32,209 nt of DNA from Candidatus Woesearchaeota archaeon (GTDB taxonomy: Archaea > Nanobdellota > Nanobdellia > Woesearchaeales > GW2011-AR9), in the NCBI GenBank assembly GCA_016185685.1, contig JACPNC010000023.1:1-32209 (forward strand), given 5' to 3'. The notes beneath the pieces are model-generated. The model saw nothing but the letters and a program-made list of their open reading frames with translations. It did not search any database and was not told where the DNA came from. The position numbers and the translations under genes were made by a program. Of the stretch, positions 1 through 8,468 are shown piece after piece (positions within the stretch are counted from its first letter, which is position 1; each line of letters opens with the position of its first letter).

Positions 1-1
1 G

Positions 2-295
2 CAGGAAATGAATATTTTCTCTCTGCTGAATGAGAAATATGGTCAAGGAGAAAATCTAGTGTTTGATTTTAACGGAGTAGTTATGGGGATTTGTATCTAC
101 CAAAGCGCTTCTGGAGTAAAACAATTATTTCCAAAAGCAAAAGTGAATGTAATTGCTGATGCATGCACTCATTTAGTGTTTGCTCCGCTGGGAATTGAGA
201 ATGAGGCAATGGGAAATGATGTTGCAAAAAGAATGTGCCAGCAGATTGGAATTAATTATGTTACAACAAAAGAGTTTTTGGGGGTTAAAGAATGA
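2..295 (+). CDS. Isochorismatase/nicotinamidase (PncA-like) family protein, 5'-truncated by the window edge
   Basis: Frame is open from the window start. GVVMGICI resembles the G-x-x-T/M-D/G-x-C-V catalytic Cys motif, followed by VIADAC. Sits upstream of nadE. Confidence 0.6.
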   Translation, partial: QEMNIFSLLNEKYGQGENLVFDFNGVVMGICIYQSASGVKQLFPKAKVNVIADACTHLVFAPLGIENEAMGNDVAKRMCQQIGINYVTTKEFLGVKE

Positions 296-861
296 CAGAA
301 GTAACCCTGCGTCTTTTAGACATTAATCGTGACTTAGAACACATCATGAGCTGGATAAATGATTCAAACATTGTTAGCAACTTTGGATGGTTTGACGCGA
401 AAGTAACTCTGGAAAGTGAACGTGCCTATTTAGAGAAAATGCTCGCGAGCAAAAGCGATAAACTTTACTCTGTTTTTGACGAACAAAATCGTTACATTGG
501 ACAGACAGGAATTCACGAAATTGATTATCGCAATAAACATGCCAGGTTTGGCTTGATTATTGCAAGCAAAGAAGAATGGGGAAGAGGATACGGAAAAAAA
601 GTAGTTGAGGGCCTGCTTGATAAAGCTTTTAGTGAATTGAACTTGCACAAAGTTTGGGGTATGTTTGTCCAACAAAATCAAAAAGCACATCACCTCTTTG
701 TAGAAAAATGTGGTTTCAGAGTTGAAGGAGTGTTACAAGAAGAATATTTTCGTGACGGCAAATACCTTCCCATGGTACGTATTGGCATGACGGAAGAAGA
801 GTATGTTAAAGCTGGATGGAGAAAAGTACTGGAACAAAAAGATGGGCAAGAGGTTTCCTAA
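292..861 (+). CDS. GNAT N-acetyltransferase (RimJ/RimL/SpeG-like)
   Basis: WGRGYG acetyl-CoA loop, LNLHKV, N..A..L.EKCGF.VEG motifs. ATGA overlap with the upstream gene. Confidence 0.9.
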   Translation: MTEVTLRLLDINRDLEHIMSWINDSNIVSNFGWFDAKVTLESERAYLEKMLASKSDKLYSVFDEQNRYIGQTGIHEIDYRNKHARFGLIIASKEEWGRGYGKKVVEGLLDKAFSELNLHKVWGMFVQQNQKAHHLFVEKCGFRVEGVLQEEYFRDGKYLPMVRIGMTEEEYVKAGWRKVLEQKDGQEVS

Positions 862-863
862 GC

Positions 864-2984
864 ATGGCAACCGTAGTAAGTGAAACTTCAGAAAACGGTT
901 TAGAAACACTTATAAAAAAAGAATCACGAGGAAAAAACACTATGAAAGATCTCCCTAACATGAAAATAGCTTTAGCCCAGATGGAAGTTATTCCCGGACA
1001 AGCTCGAAAAAACATAGCAAAAATGCTCAGCATGATTAAAGAAGCAAAACAAGCAGGGGTTAACCTCATTGCCTTTCCTGAACTATGTGTAAGTGGCTAT
1101 TTGGTAGGAGATAAATTTCTGGAAGATGCTTTCTGCACAGATATGATGGAATATGATGAAGTACTGCGAAAAGCAAGTGCACCTGATGAAGTAACTGGAA
1201 AATCAGGAATTGCAATCGCCTATGGAAATATTTTTGTCGATAAAATACAAGAAGGGCATCATCCTAATGAAGACGGAAGAAGCAGAAAATATAATGCAGT
1301 ACGAATTTTTCAAAATGGAACAGCAGCATCAAGAACAAAAAAAATATCTTTCCTTCCTGAAGGCGTGCAGCCAAAAACTCTCTTGCCAAATTACCGTTTC
1401 TTTGACGATGAGAGATACTTCTCTTCTACTGAAAATACAGCAAAAGACTTCGGAGTTTCATTACGGGAACTTCTCCAACCATTTATGATCAGAGTTGACG
1501 ACAAGGAAATTCCGGTTGGTTTTGAAGTGTGTGAAGATCTCTGGTGTGAAGATTATCGTAAAGATGGCCAATCGCTCAATCCTACCAAGATGCTGATTCA
1601 AAATGGTGCAGAACTTATTGTGAACATTTCTGCCTCTCCTTGGACCTTCGGAAAAAATAATTCACGAGATAAACGCCTTACTTTCCTTAGAAAAGATTGT
1701 GGTGAAAAGTTTGTGCCTTTTTTATATGTAAATAATATCGGCGCGCAGAATAACGGTAAAAATATTGTTACTTTTGATGGCGGTTCTACAGTATATAATG
1801 CTGATGCAAAACCGATTGCTTTGTGTAAAGAAGCATATAGGGAAGAATTGCTTTTGGTAGAAACTGAAAAAATCGCGAGGAGTTCTGTTCTAGCAAGAGC
1901 AGAAAAACCGTACATTGCCCAGAAACTTGATGCTATCATTACAGGTATTCGTCATCTTAAAAATATTCAAGGTCGCGAAGAACATCCTAAATTCTTATTG
2001 GGCATGAGCGGAGGAGTAGATAGCAGTGTTGTAGCAGCGCTTCTCGTAATGGCAGTGGGTGCTGAAAAAGCTTTAGGGATAAATATTCCCACAGAATTTA
2101 ACTCAGAAGCAACAAAGTCTGCTGCGAAATATGTAGCAGAACAATTAGGTATTGCAGATATGGTACTTCCCATTTCTGAACTTACTGCAGTCAATGAAAA
2201 ACTTCTACAAATGTATACTCCTGACGGAAAGCCAAGAAAATTAACTGCCGTGCAGAAAGGCAACATTGCAGCGAAGATTAGGGGGACTAACATCCTTTCA
2301 AATCTCTCGCCCATGTACGGCGCGTTGTTTACAAATAATGGAAACAAGCTGGAAGTTGCATTGGGTTATGCTACATTGTACGGCGATGTCAATGGTGCGA
2401 TTGCCCCTCTTGCTGATTTAACCAAAACTGAAGTGTATGAACTTGCGAGATATCTCAATGAATCTTTCTTTGGCAGAGAAGTAATCCCTTGGAAATTAAT
2501 CCCTGATAGACTGCATCGCTTTAAAAAAGATGACATCATACCTTCTGCAGAATTAGAATTCAATCAAATTGATCCTATGAAATTCGGCTACCATGATGCT
2601 TTGCTGATGATGCTTACTGACTATCAAATCAAAACAGGAGAAGATTTTCTCCAATATTTCCTTGACGGAAATCTCGGGTTAAAAATAGAGCAAACACTTG
2701 GACAAATTCATCCGATAGAAGAAGGATTTGGTTATCAGTTGATGCAACGCTGGGGTGTGCATGATGCAAAAACATTCGTGGAAGATTTAGATTGGTTCCT
2801 GCCTTTGGTCACAACAAGCATTTTCAAGCGTGTACAAGCACCACCTATTATCATCACCAGCAAAACTGCTTTTGGGTATGATCGACGAGAAAGTATGCTC
2901 CCTTGGGTTCCTACACGGGCATACGAGAGATTGAAAGAAGAAATTTTAAAATTGGGAGAATATCAGCCATTAAAACTCTTATAA
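864..2984 (+). CDS. nadE: Glutamine-dependent NAD+ synthetase (nitrilase + synthetase domains)
   Basis: FPEL, KTLLPNYRFFDDERYF and VCEDLW give an intact E-K-C triad. Also SGGVDS, GNKLE..LGYATLYGD, PSAEL and FKRVQAPP. Start is ATG 864 (GAGGT upstream) or ATG 942 (GAGG upstream). Confidence 0.95.
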   Translation: MATVVSETSENGLETLIKKESRGKNTMKDLPNMKIALAQMEVIPGQARKNIAKMLSMIKEAKQAGVNLIAFPELCVSGYLVGDKFLEDAFCTDMMEYDEVLRKASAPDEVTGKSGIAIAYGNIFVDKIQEGHHPNEDGRSRKYNAVRIFQNGTAASRTKKISFLPEGVQPKTLLPNYRFFDDERYFSSTENTAKDFGVSLRELLQPFMIRVDDKEIPVGFEVCEDLWCEDYRKDGQSLNPTKMLIQNGAELIVNISASPWTFGKNNSRDKRLTFLRKDCGEKFVPFLYVNNIGAQNNGKNIVTFDGGSTVYNADAKPIALCKEAYREELLLVETEKIARSSVLARAEKPYIAQKLDAIITGIRHLKNIQGREEHPKFLLGMSGGVDSSVVAALLVMAVGAEKALGINIPTEFNSEATKSAAKYVAEQLGIADMVLPISELTAVNEKLLQMYTPDGKPRKLTAVQKGNIAAKIRGTNILSNLSPMYGALFTNNGNKLEVALGYATLYGDVNGAIAPLADLTKTEVYELARYLNESFFGREVIPWKLIPDRLHRFKKDDIIPSAELEFNQIDPMKFGYHDALLMMLTDYQIKTGEDFLQYFLDGNLGLKIEQTLGQIHPIEEGFGYQLMQRWGVHDAKTFVEDLDWFLPLVTTSIFKRVQAPPIIITSKTAFGYDRRESMLPWVPTRAYERLKEEILKLGEYQPLKLL

Positions 2985-3084
2985 AAAGCAAGTGATAGTT
3001 TAGTCAAATATGCGGGATTTCGTAGGACCGTAGTAAGGTGAATTATTCACTATCAAAATAGATTTTTCTTTTCCATTATACGAC

Positions 3085-3260
3085 GCATGCGTTGCCAACG
3101 GAATTAACTACACTATTTTCTTGCTAATGGCAACAACCATCTCAGCAGCGGTATCAGGCGTCTTGTCTAGGTAGCGCCGGAGCTTTCCATAGGAAAGTCA
3201 CGAACGGAGCAGGGTGGAGTAAGTGAAAAAGAACAGCAACAAGCTGTGGATTTTCTTTAA
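3085..3260 (+). pseudogene. Decayed coding fragment resembling the C-terminal variable region of DPANN DGR-target-like proteins (or an orphan template repeat)
   Basis: Reads ACVANGINY / frameshift / YFLANGNNHLSSGIRRLV*VAPE..., with several AAC codons. Family resemblance is recalled, not searched. Confidence 0.35.
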
Positions 3261-3364
3261 AGAGACATTTTGCAAAAAAAAATAGATACAAAACTGTTGT
3301 TCTACTCTTGAAGTTTTTTTCTTTTTTTTTGTTATTTTTTTGTATTTCTCCAAAATATTTCTTT

Positions 3365-3685
3365 TCAGATAGTCACGCCTTCCTTCAAAATCATCTTCAT
3401 ATAACTGTTCTCTTTTTTCTTCAGAGCAAATTCCTGAGGAGTATAACAAAACATCTCCAGAGGAGGTTTATATTTCCATCCTTTAGAGCTTAGATACATT
3501 CGCTCTAGAAAAGGAACGTCTTGAAAATATTTAGACACAAGTAATACATCAACATCGCTATGCTTCAACGCATCACCTCGTGCACGGCTGCCATAAAGAA
3601 TCATTTTTTCTACTTTCATTTTTTTGGAAAGGATGACCTTGAAACTCTTCAATTGTTTTACAATTCCAATTTCTGCTTTACCCAT
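3365..3685 (-). CDS. Minimal nucleotidyltransferase (MNT) antitoxin
   Basis: ILYGSRARG..SDVDVLLVS (GS..DxD). Overlaps the HEPN gene. Confidence 0.9.
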   Translation of the reverse strand: MGKAEIGIVKQLKSFKVILSKKMKVEKMILYGSRARGDALKHSDVDVLLVSKYFQDVPFLERMYLSSKGWKYKPPLEMFCYTPQEFALKKKENSYMKMILKEGVTI

Positions 3686-4038
3686 GCAATAACCTCCACT
3701 GCTTTTCTTAGGTGTGTAGAAGAAGTACTTTCTGTATGAACTTCTGCAGGAACTCCGGAAGCAGCATCAGGATAGCGAGAAACAGCGTATTCAGGATTAA
3801 GCAGGGCACAAGCATCAAATATTTCTCTTGGCGCTTTTGCATCTTTTGCAAAATAAATTAAACTGTGGCCTAACGCAGGTTCTTTGTGCGTATGCAAATA
3901 TAATGCTTTTAGAGCTTTCTCTGCTGCTTGTTGCGACCAAAAAGAGCAAGCATAATACTTTTTATTCTTGAGATCTACCTTAGCTGTTTCTAAGTCTTCA
4001 ACAGCTTGTTTCCACCAATCAAGTGCTTCTTTGCGCAT
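3658..4038 (-). CDS. HEPN domain protein
   Basis: W..QA.EDLETA, QQAAEKALKA, GHSL and SRYPD motifs. Paired with MNT; TATA-like TTTAAA about 20 nt upstream. Confidence 0.9.
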   Translation of the reverse strand: MRKEALDWWKQAVEDLETAKVDLKNKKYYACSFWSQQAAEKALKALYLHTHKEPALGHSLIYFAKDAKAPREIFDACALLNPEYAVSRYPDAASGVPAEVHTESTSSTHLRKAVEVIAWVKQKLEL

Positions 4039-4185
4039 AGATTTCAGATGTCAAACTTCTTTAAATAACTTTCTAAATAATTCTTTGTCCAAAATGTAAA
4101 TCTAATAAGATTACAAAAAAAGGCTTTCGCCATAACATTGTCAAAAATAAAAAATCATCTTCACCAGCATGATAATATCAAAGCA

Positions 4186-4222
4186 CCACAATATTTATAT
4201 ATAAGTGTGTATCTTACACTAA
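4186..4222 (+). promoter_or_regulatory. Archaeal TATA box followed by an NrtR-type operator palindrome
   Basis: TTTATATA at 4194-4201, then AGTGT-gtatctt-ACACT at 4204-4220 (GT-N7-AC core), upstream of NUDIX-nadM. Confidence 0.65.
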
Positions 4223-4320
4223 GTATTAAAAAAGTAGAAAAACAAAAAGAGAAGAAAAAGAGATTAAAAAAAACAAAAATAAAAAAGATTAGAAATAAAC
4301 AAAATTTAGAGAGGCAGAGC

Positions 4321-4767
4321 ATGACTCAAAAACATCGACCACAAAATCATCTTACTACAGACATAATTTATCATCATAATTCTACGCCAGGAATTGTTCT
4401 CATCACCAGAAAAAATCCTCCTTACGGAATAGCTATCCCGGGAGGTTTTCTTGAAGAAGATGTAACTCTGGCAGAAAATGCCATGAAAGAACTTCAGGAA
4501 GAAACAGGTATAGTTGCGCTGATAACTAAAAAGAATCTTTTTAACATTTATGATACCCCTAACCGTGATCCACGAGGAAGGATGGTAAGCCACGTGTATG
4601 CGATTGAGGGAAATGCTTTACCTACTGCTGGAGATGATGCAGCAACTGCTAGAGTATACAGCATTGCAGAGATAGTTTCTTCTTTACAGCAAAACAAATT
4701 TGCTTTTGATCATGAAAAAATCTTGTGCGATTATCTGAAAGAAAAAAGATATCTCAAACAGATGTGA
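4321..4767 (+). CDS. NUDIX hydrolase, ADP-ribose pyrophosphatase type (NadM/NrtR-NUDIX-like)
   Basis: PGGF..E.....A.KELQEETG Nudix box plus RDPRGR, AGDDA and AFDH..I. Start moved to ATG 4321 (GAGG upstream). Confidence 0.9.
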   Translation: MTQKHRPQNHLTTDIIYHHNSTPGIVLITRKNPPYGIAIPGGFLEEDVTLAENAMKELQEETGIVALITKKNLFNIYDTPNRDPRGRMVSHVYAIEGNALPTAGDDAATARVYSIAEIVSSLQQNKFAFDHEKILCDYLKEKRYLKQM

Positions 4768-4771
4768 AACT

Positions 4772-5398
4772 ATGACTAAACCCTACCAACGCCTCGGCGT
4801 AATTGGAAGATTTAAACCTTTACATAAAGGGGGAGCAGTGATGCTAGAAACACTTTGTGAAAAAGCAGACCATGTCATCATCGGCATTGGCAGTAGTAAT
4901 AAGTACAATGTGAGAAATCCATTTACAGCGGAAGAATCTCAAGCCATGGTGGAAGCATTCTTATCTTCTCGTTTTAATAATTATGAAATTCTTTATGTGC
5001 CTGATTTTGCTCATATTTCAGGATATGAAGATGGGCAACAATGGCGCGTATATGTGAAAGAACATTTTGGAAAATTGGATGCTTTTGTCTCTGGAAATTC
5101 CTACGTGGGCGATTTGTTAAAAGAAGACTATCCTATTATTCACCCTGCAGATTTAATCTCTGCTGATAAAAAAATAATGATGCGAGGAAGTGCGGTGCGT
5201 TTAGAAATGGCCCGTGGGGGAGATGCTTGGAAAGAAATGGTTCCAGAAAACGTTGCAAAATACCTAGTTGAAAATAAACTTATTAATCGTTTTAGAAAAG
5301 AGTTTGGATTGCAAACCTTAATTGCGCTTGTAGATGGTGTAGAATATACACGTTCAGAAACAGAAGAAGAAGAAAAAGAACATCCAAAAGAAGAATAA
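4772..5398 (+). CDS. nadM: Nicotinamide/nicotinate mononucleotide adenylyltransferase (NadM-type)
   Basis: IGRFKPLHKG, IGIGSSN, NPFT.EE, SGN..V, RGSAVR and W.EMVP..V motifs. Confidence 0.85.
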   Translation: MTKPYQRLGVIGRFKPLHKGGAVMLETLCEKADHVIIGIGSSNKYNVRNPFTAEESQAMVEAFLSSRFNNYEILYVPDFAHISGYEDGQQWRVYVKEHFGKLDAFVSGNSYVGDLLKEDYPIIHPADLISADKKIMMRGSAVRLEMARGGDAWKEMVPENVAKYLVENKLINRFRKEFGLQTLIALVDGVEYTRSETEEEEKEHPKEE

Positions 5399-5449
5399 AA
5401 ATTAAGATTCAAATAAAAAAAATCAAAAACACAAAACAACAAACAAACC

Positions 5450-6229
5450 ATGACAACTATCGGCAATTATAAAATTGTACGAGAAATCGCTGAAGGCGGA
5501 TTTGGTAGAACATACGAAGCGCGCCATCTTCTACTTGATGAAAAAGCCTGCTTAAAACAAAACTTAAAAGTAACTCCTGAAGATGAAAAACTTCTGCGCC
5601 AAGAAGCAAAATTGTTATGGAATATCCAACATTATTCTCTCCCAGCAATGCGCGATTATTTTAAGATTTCTGATGGGAGTTTTATTATGGCCATGAGTTT
5701 TGTAGAAGGAAAAACTCTTGAACACAGTGTAAAAAAACATACTGCCATCCATCCTGAAGATGTCTGTTGGATTTCACAACGAGTATTAAACGCATTAAAT
5801 TACTTGCATTATCATGGAATTATTCATGGAGATGTAAAACCAGCAAATATCATCGTTCAGCCGCAGTTACATAATGCATTTCTTGTTGATTATGGTCTTT
5901 CCAGCTTGCGACCAAAACGGTACTCTGCTACTATCGGGTATACCCCAGTATTTGCTGCGCCGGAATTTACCCAAGGAAAAACGCCCTTGCCCTCATCAGA
6001 TTTGTATTCACTTGGTCTTACCATGATATACGCTTTAGGAGGAGATCCTATTGCAAAAAGTATGCCAAATCACGTTCCACAACCCATTCAAGATTTTTTC
6101 AAACAGTTTGTTGTTTATGATCCATTGGATAGACCAGATTGGCAGAAAAAAGATTTGGTAGAACGGTTGTCAGACATTCGCTATGAAGTTTTTGGACGCA
6201 GACACGTAGCTGAATCAACAAAGAAGTGA
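5450..6229 (+). CDS. Soluble Hanks-type Ser/Thr protein kinase
   Basis: EGGFGRTY, CLK, HGDVKPAN, DYG, APE and SDLYSLG motifs. Confidence 0.95.
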   Translation: MTTIGNYKIVREIAEGGFGRTYEARHLLLDEKACLKQNLKVTPEDEKLLRQEAKLLWNIQHYSLPAMRDYFKISDGSFIMAMSFVEGKTLEHSVKKHTAIHPEDVCWISQRVLNALNYLHYHGIIHGDVKPANIIVQPQLHNAFLVDYGLSSLRPKRYSATIGYTPVFAAPEFTQGKTPLPSSDLYSLGLTMIYALGGDPIAKSMPNHVPQPIQDFFKQFVVYDPLDRPDWQKKDLVERLSDIRYEVFGRRHVAESTKK

Positions 6230-6332
6230 ATTACTAAAAAAAGTAAAACTACGATTAAAAAAGTAAATTTAAAACAAATTTGTAAAAAAATTGAGCTAGC
6301 GGATGCTCTCAAAAAATACCGCGGAGGAAAAC

Positions 6333-7304
6333 ATGTACAGCTGGGGATCAGACGATACAGCCGGATGGAAAAATCCGGGAGGGTACAAGTACGACGAAGC
6401 AAAAGCACCATATTTAGAAGATTTGGCTAAAAAAGCTGAAAAAGAAGGACCAAGAACTTATCTAAAAAAGAGAGAACCAGACATGAAACAGGTGGATCCG
6501 AAAGGAAAAACTATTTCCACTCAAAGCAAAAATCCCATCATTTTTGGAATTGATGGCACCGGCTCAATGCAGAAATGGCCGGCAGAATTTTTTGACCGCG
6601 CACCATTGTTGTACCAAACATTGTCGCAATATCGTGATGATGTGGAAATCTCTTTTTCAGTCATCGGTGATGCTATAGCAGATGATTTCCCTCTACAGGT
6701 GGCAGACTTTGACAAAGGAGTTGCTTTGGATGCAAAACTAAAAGCATTGCATGGCGAAGGCAGAGGAGGACCAGGAATTCGTGAAAGTTATGAGCTCTTT
6801 GCTTATTTTATGCTGGAACATGCAGAAACGCCAAAAGCAGAAAAGCCATTCTTATTTATTCTTGGCGATGAAAAATTTTACGATGCCGTAAACCCTGCAC
6901 AAGTAGAGAAATACATTGGCGATAAACCTCAAGAGATGTCTTCCATAAAAGTATGGCAGGAATTAGCAAAAAGATACGACATTCGCCTTTTGCATAAAGA
7001 ATATCCAGGAAGAGATGAAGAAGTCCTAACACAGTGGCGTGAGGCAATAGGAACGCAGAACATTGTTCCCATCTATGATTCTTTGCGGGTCGTGGATGTA
7101 GCTATGGGTTTAGTTGCAAAAAGCTGGGGACATTTTGATGATTTTGAAAAGAATCTAGGTGCGCGTCAGGATGAAGAAGGAGTAAGTACAGTGATGCAAT
7201 CAGTACGTGCTGCTCCAGAGTTTGCAGAAGGAATTAAATCCATCTACAAAGGAGCTGTTGCCATTGGCAAGAGCAATAAAAGTAAAAGCCTTATTAAAAA
7301 GTAA
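6333..7304 (+). CDS. vWA-domain protein
   Basis: MIDAS-like IDGTGSM, IGD, GGG...ESYEL and FILGDE. ATG 6333 has GGAGG upstream. Confidence 0.8.
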   Translation: MYSWGSDDTAGWKNPGGYKYDEAKAPYLEDLAKKAEKEGPRTYLKKREPDMKQVDPKGKTISTQSKNPIIFGIDGTGSMQKWPAEFFDRAPLLYQTLSQYRDDVEISFSVIGDAIADDFPLQVADFDKGVALDAKLKALHGEGRGGPGIRESYELFAYFMLEHAETPKAEKPFLFILGDEKFYDAVNPAQVEKYIGDKPQEMSSIKVWQELAKRYDIRLLHKEYPGRDEEVLTQWREAIGTQNIVPIYDSLRVVDVAMGLVAKSWGHFDDFEKNLGARQDEEGVSTVMQSVRAAPEFAEGIKSIYKGAVAIGKSNKSKSLIKK

Positions 7305-7383
7305 ATAAGGATAAAAAAACAAATAAAAAACAAAATAATTTGAAAAACTGAATGAAATGAAGTTTTTCAAAAGGAGGAAAAAA

Positions 7384-8256
7384 ATGGTAACTAAAAAAAT
7401 ATACGATACAACGGGAAAAATTTTTGAACAAGCGAGTAAATTGTACCAGCCCGGACTACTGGAAGATCTCAAACGTATTGAGCCGGGAGAAATTGTAGTT
7501 GTACGTGGGGAATATGATCACGTTGAAGTCTTGCTAGATACATTAAAAATTCCCTACGAAACAATCGGCAAAGAAGAACTGGGAAGCAACAATAGCGGTA
7601 GAGTACTGCTTGCAAATTGTGCAACCTATAGTTCAGTGCCAAAAGAAGTCAAGGAAGGAGTAGAAGCTTTTGTCGCTGACGGAGGAAGATTAGTAAGTAC
7701 GGATTGGTCTTTGGGATTAGTAACAAAAGTCTTTCCAGGTAAGCTAACAATGACAAAAAAAACTGGTGACGATGTAGTAGAGATAGAATGCCCGACAGAT
7801 ATCGCCAGAAGATTCATTGGCATGAATTACGCCCAATGCAAACCTCAATGGTGGTTGGAAAGTAGTAGTGATGTGTACGACATCGGTGAGGGAGTTACAC
7901 CGATAATAACCAGCGAAGAAATGGAAACAAAATATGGCAAACCTTATGTTGCGGTTGGTTTTCCTCATGGTAAAGGGGAAGTTTTCCATTTCATTAGCCA
8001 TTTGGAATTGCAGAGGACTCGACAGAAAACTAAAGAACAGTCAGGTAACCTGGATGATTTCCTCAAGAAGATGAAAGTAGAAAAGACAGCTGAGATGGAT
8101 GACGCAACCGTTGCAGAATTAGAAGCGGCATATAGTACTTTAAGTACGGTTGCTTATCTTTGTCTGAGAACTCCCGTGCTCAATAGCGAAGGGAAGAGTG
8201 TGTACTTGGGAGCTTCCAAGAAAAGTGAAGGGCCAAAAAGCATGAAATTGGCATAA
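7384..8256 (+). CDS. Class I glutamine amidotransferase-like fold protein, lacking the nucleophile Cys
   Basis: FV..GG.LVSTDWS at the nucleophile-elbow position and G.G.V.HF.SH. ATG 7384 has GGAGG upstream. Confidence 0.55.
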   Translation: MVTKKIYDTTGKIFEQASKLYQPGLLEDLKRIEPGEIVVVRGEYDHVEVLLDTLKIPYETIGKEELGSNNSGRVLLANCATYSSVPKEVKEGVEAFVADGGRLVSTDWSLGLVTKVFPGKLTMTKKTGDDVVEIECPTDIARRFIGMNYAQCKPQWWLESSSDVYDIGEGVTPIITSEEMETKYGKPYVAVGFPHGKGEVFHFISHLELQRTRQKTKEQSGNLDDFLKKMKVEKTAEMDDATVAELEAAYSTLSTVAYLCLRTPVLNSEGKSVYLGASKKSEGPKSMKLA

Positions 8257-8319
8257 AGTAGAAACAAAGCAGGCAAAAAGTTGTTTTTTTATTTTTTTAT
8301 TTTATTTTTAAGAGAGTTA

Positions 8320-8409
8320 TAGTAATTGTGAAATATTTCCGAACATTTGTTCACAATTACTAATAGCAAATGTGTGATAAAAATATTCGATACTTAACAC
8401 ATTTGCTAT
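8320..8409. repeat. Two back-to-back perfect 13-bp inverted repeats
   Basis: TAGTAATTGTGAA (8320-8332)/TTCACAATTACTA (8350-8362) and ATAGCAAATGTGT (8363-8375)/ACACATTTGCTAT (8397-8409). Confidence 0.9.
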
Positions 8410-8468
8410 ATGAAAGAAATTAAAAAAAAATACTTGAAATACAGACAAAAAAATCAGAGAGGCAAAAT

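Noticed and set aside
3129..3220. Similarity to SRP helix 8 (TCAGG..GGAGCAG) or the NAD+-I riboswitch (CAACAACC)
   Set aside because: Spacing and helices do not fit either model.
3198..3493. ORFs 3198-3449 (-) and 3308-3493 (+)
   Set aside because: They overlap MNT and poly-T/A tracts, with low-complexity translations.
4138..4320. 61-aa N-terminal extension of the NUDIX ORF
   Set aside because: It spans the promoter, operator and A-rich leader; ATG 4321 has an SD-like site.
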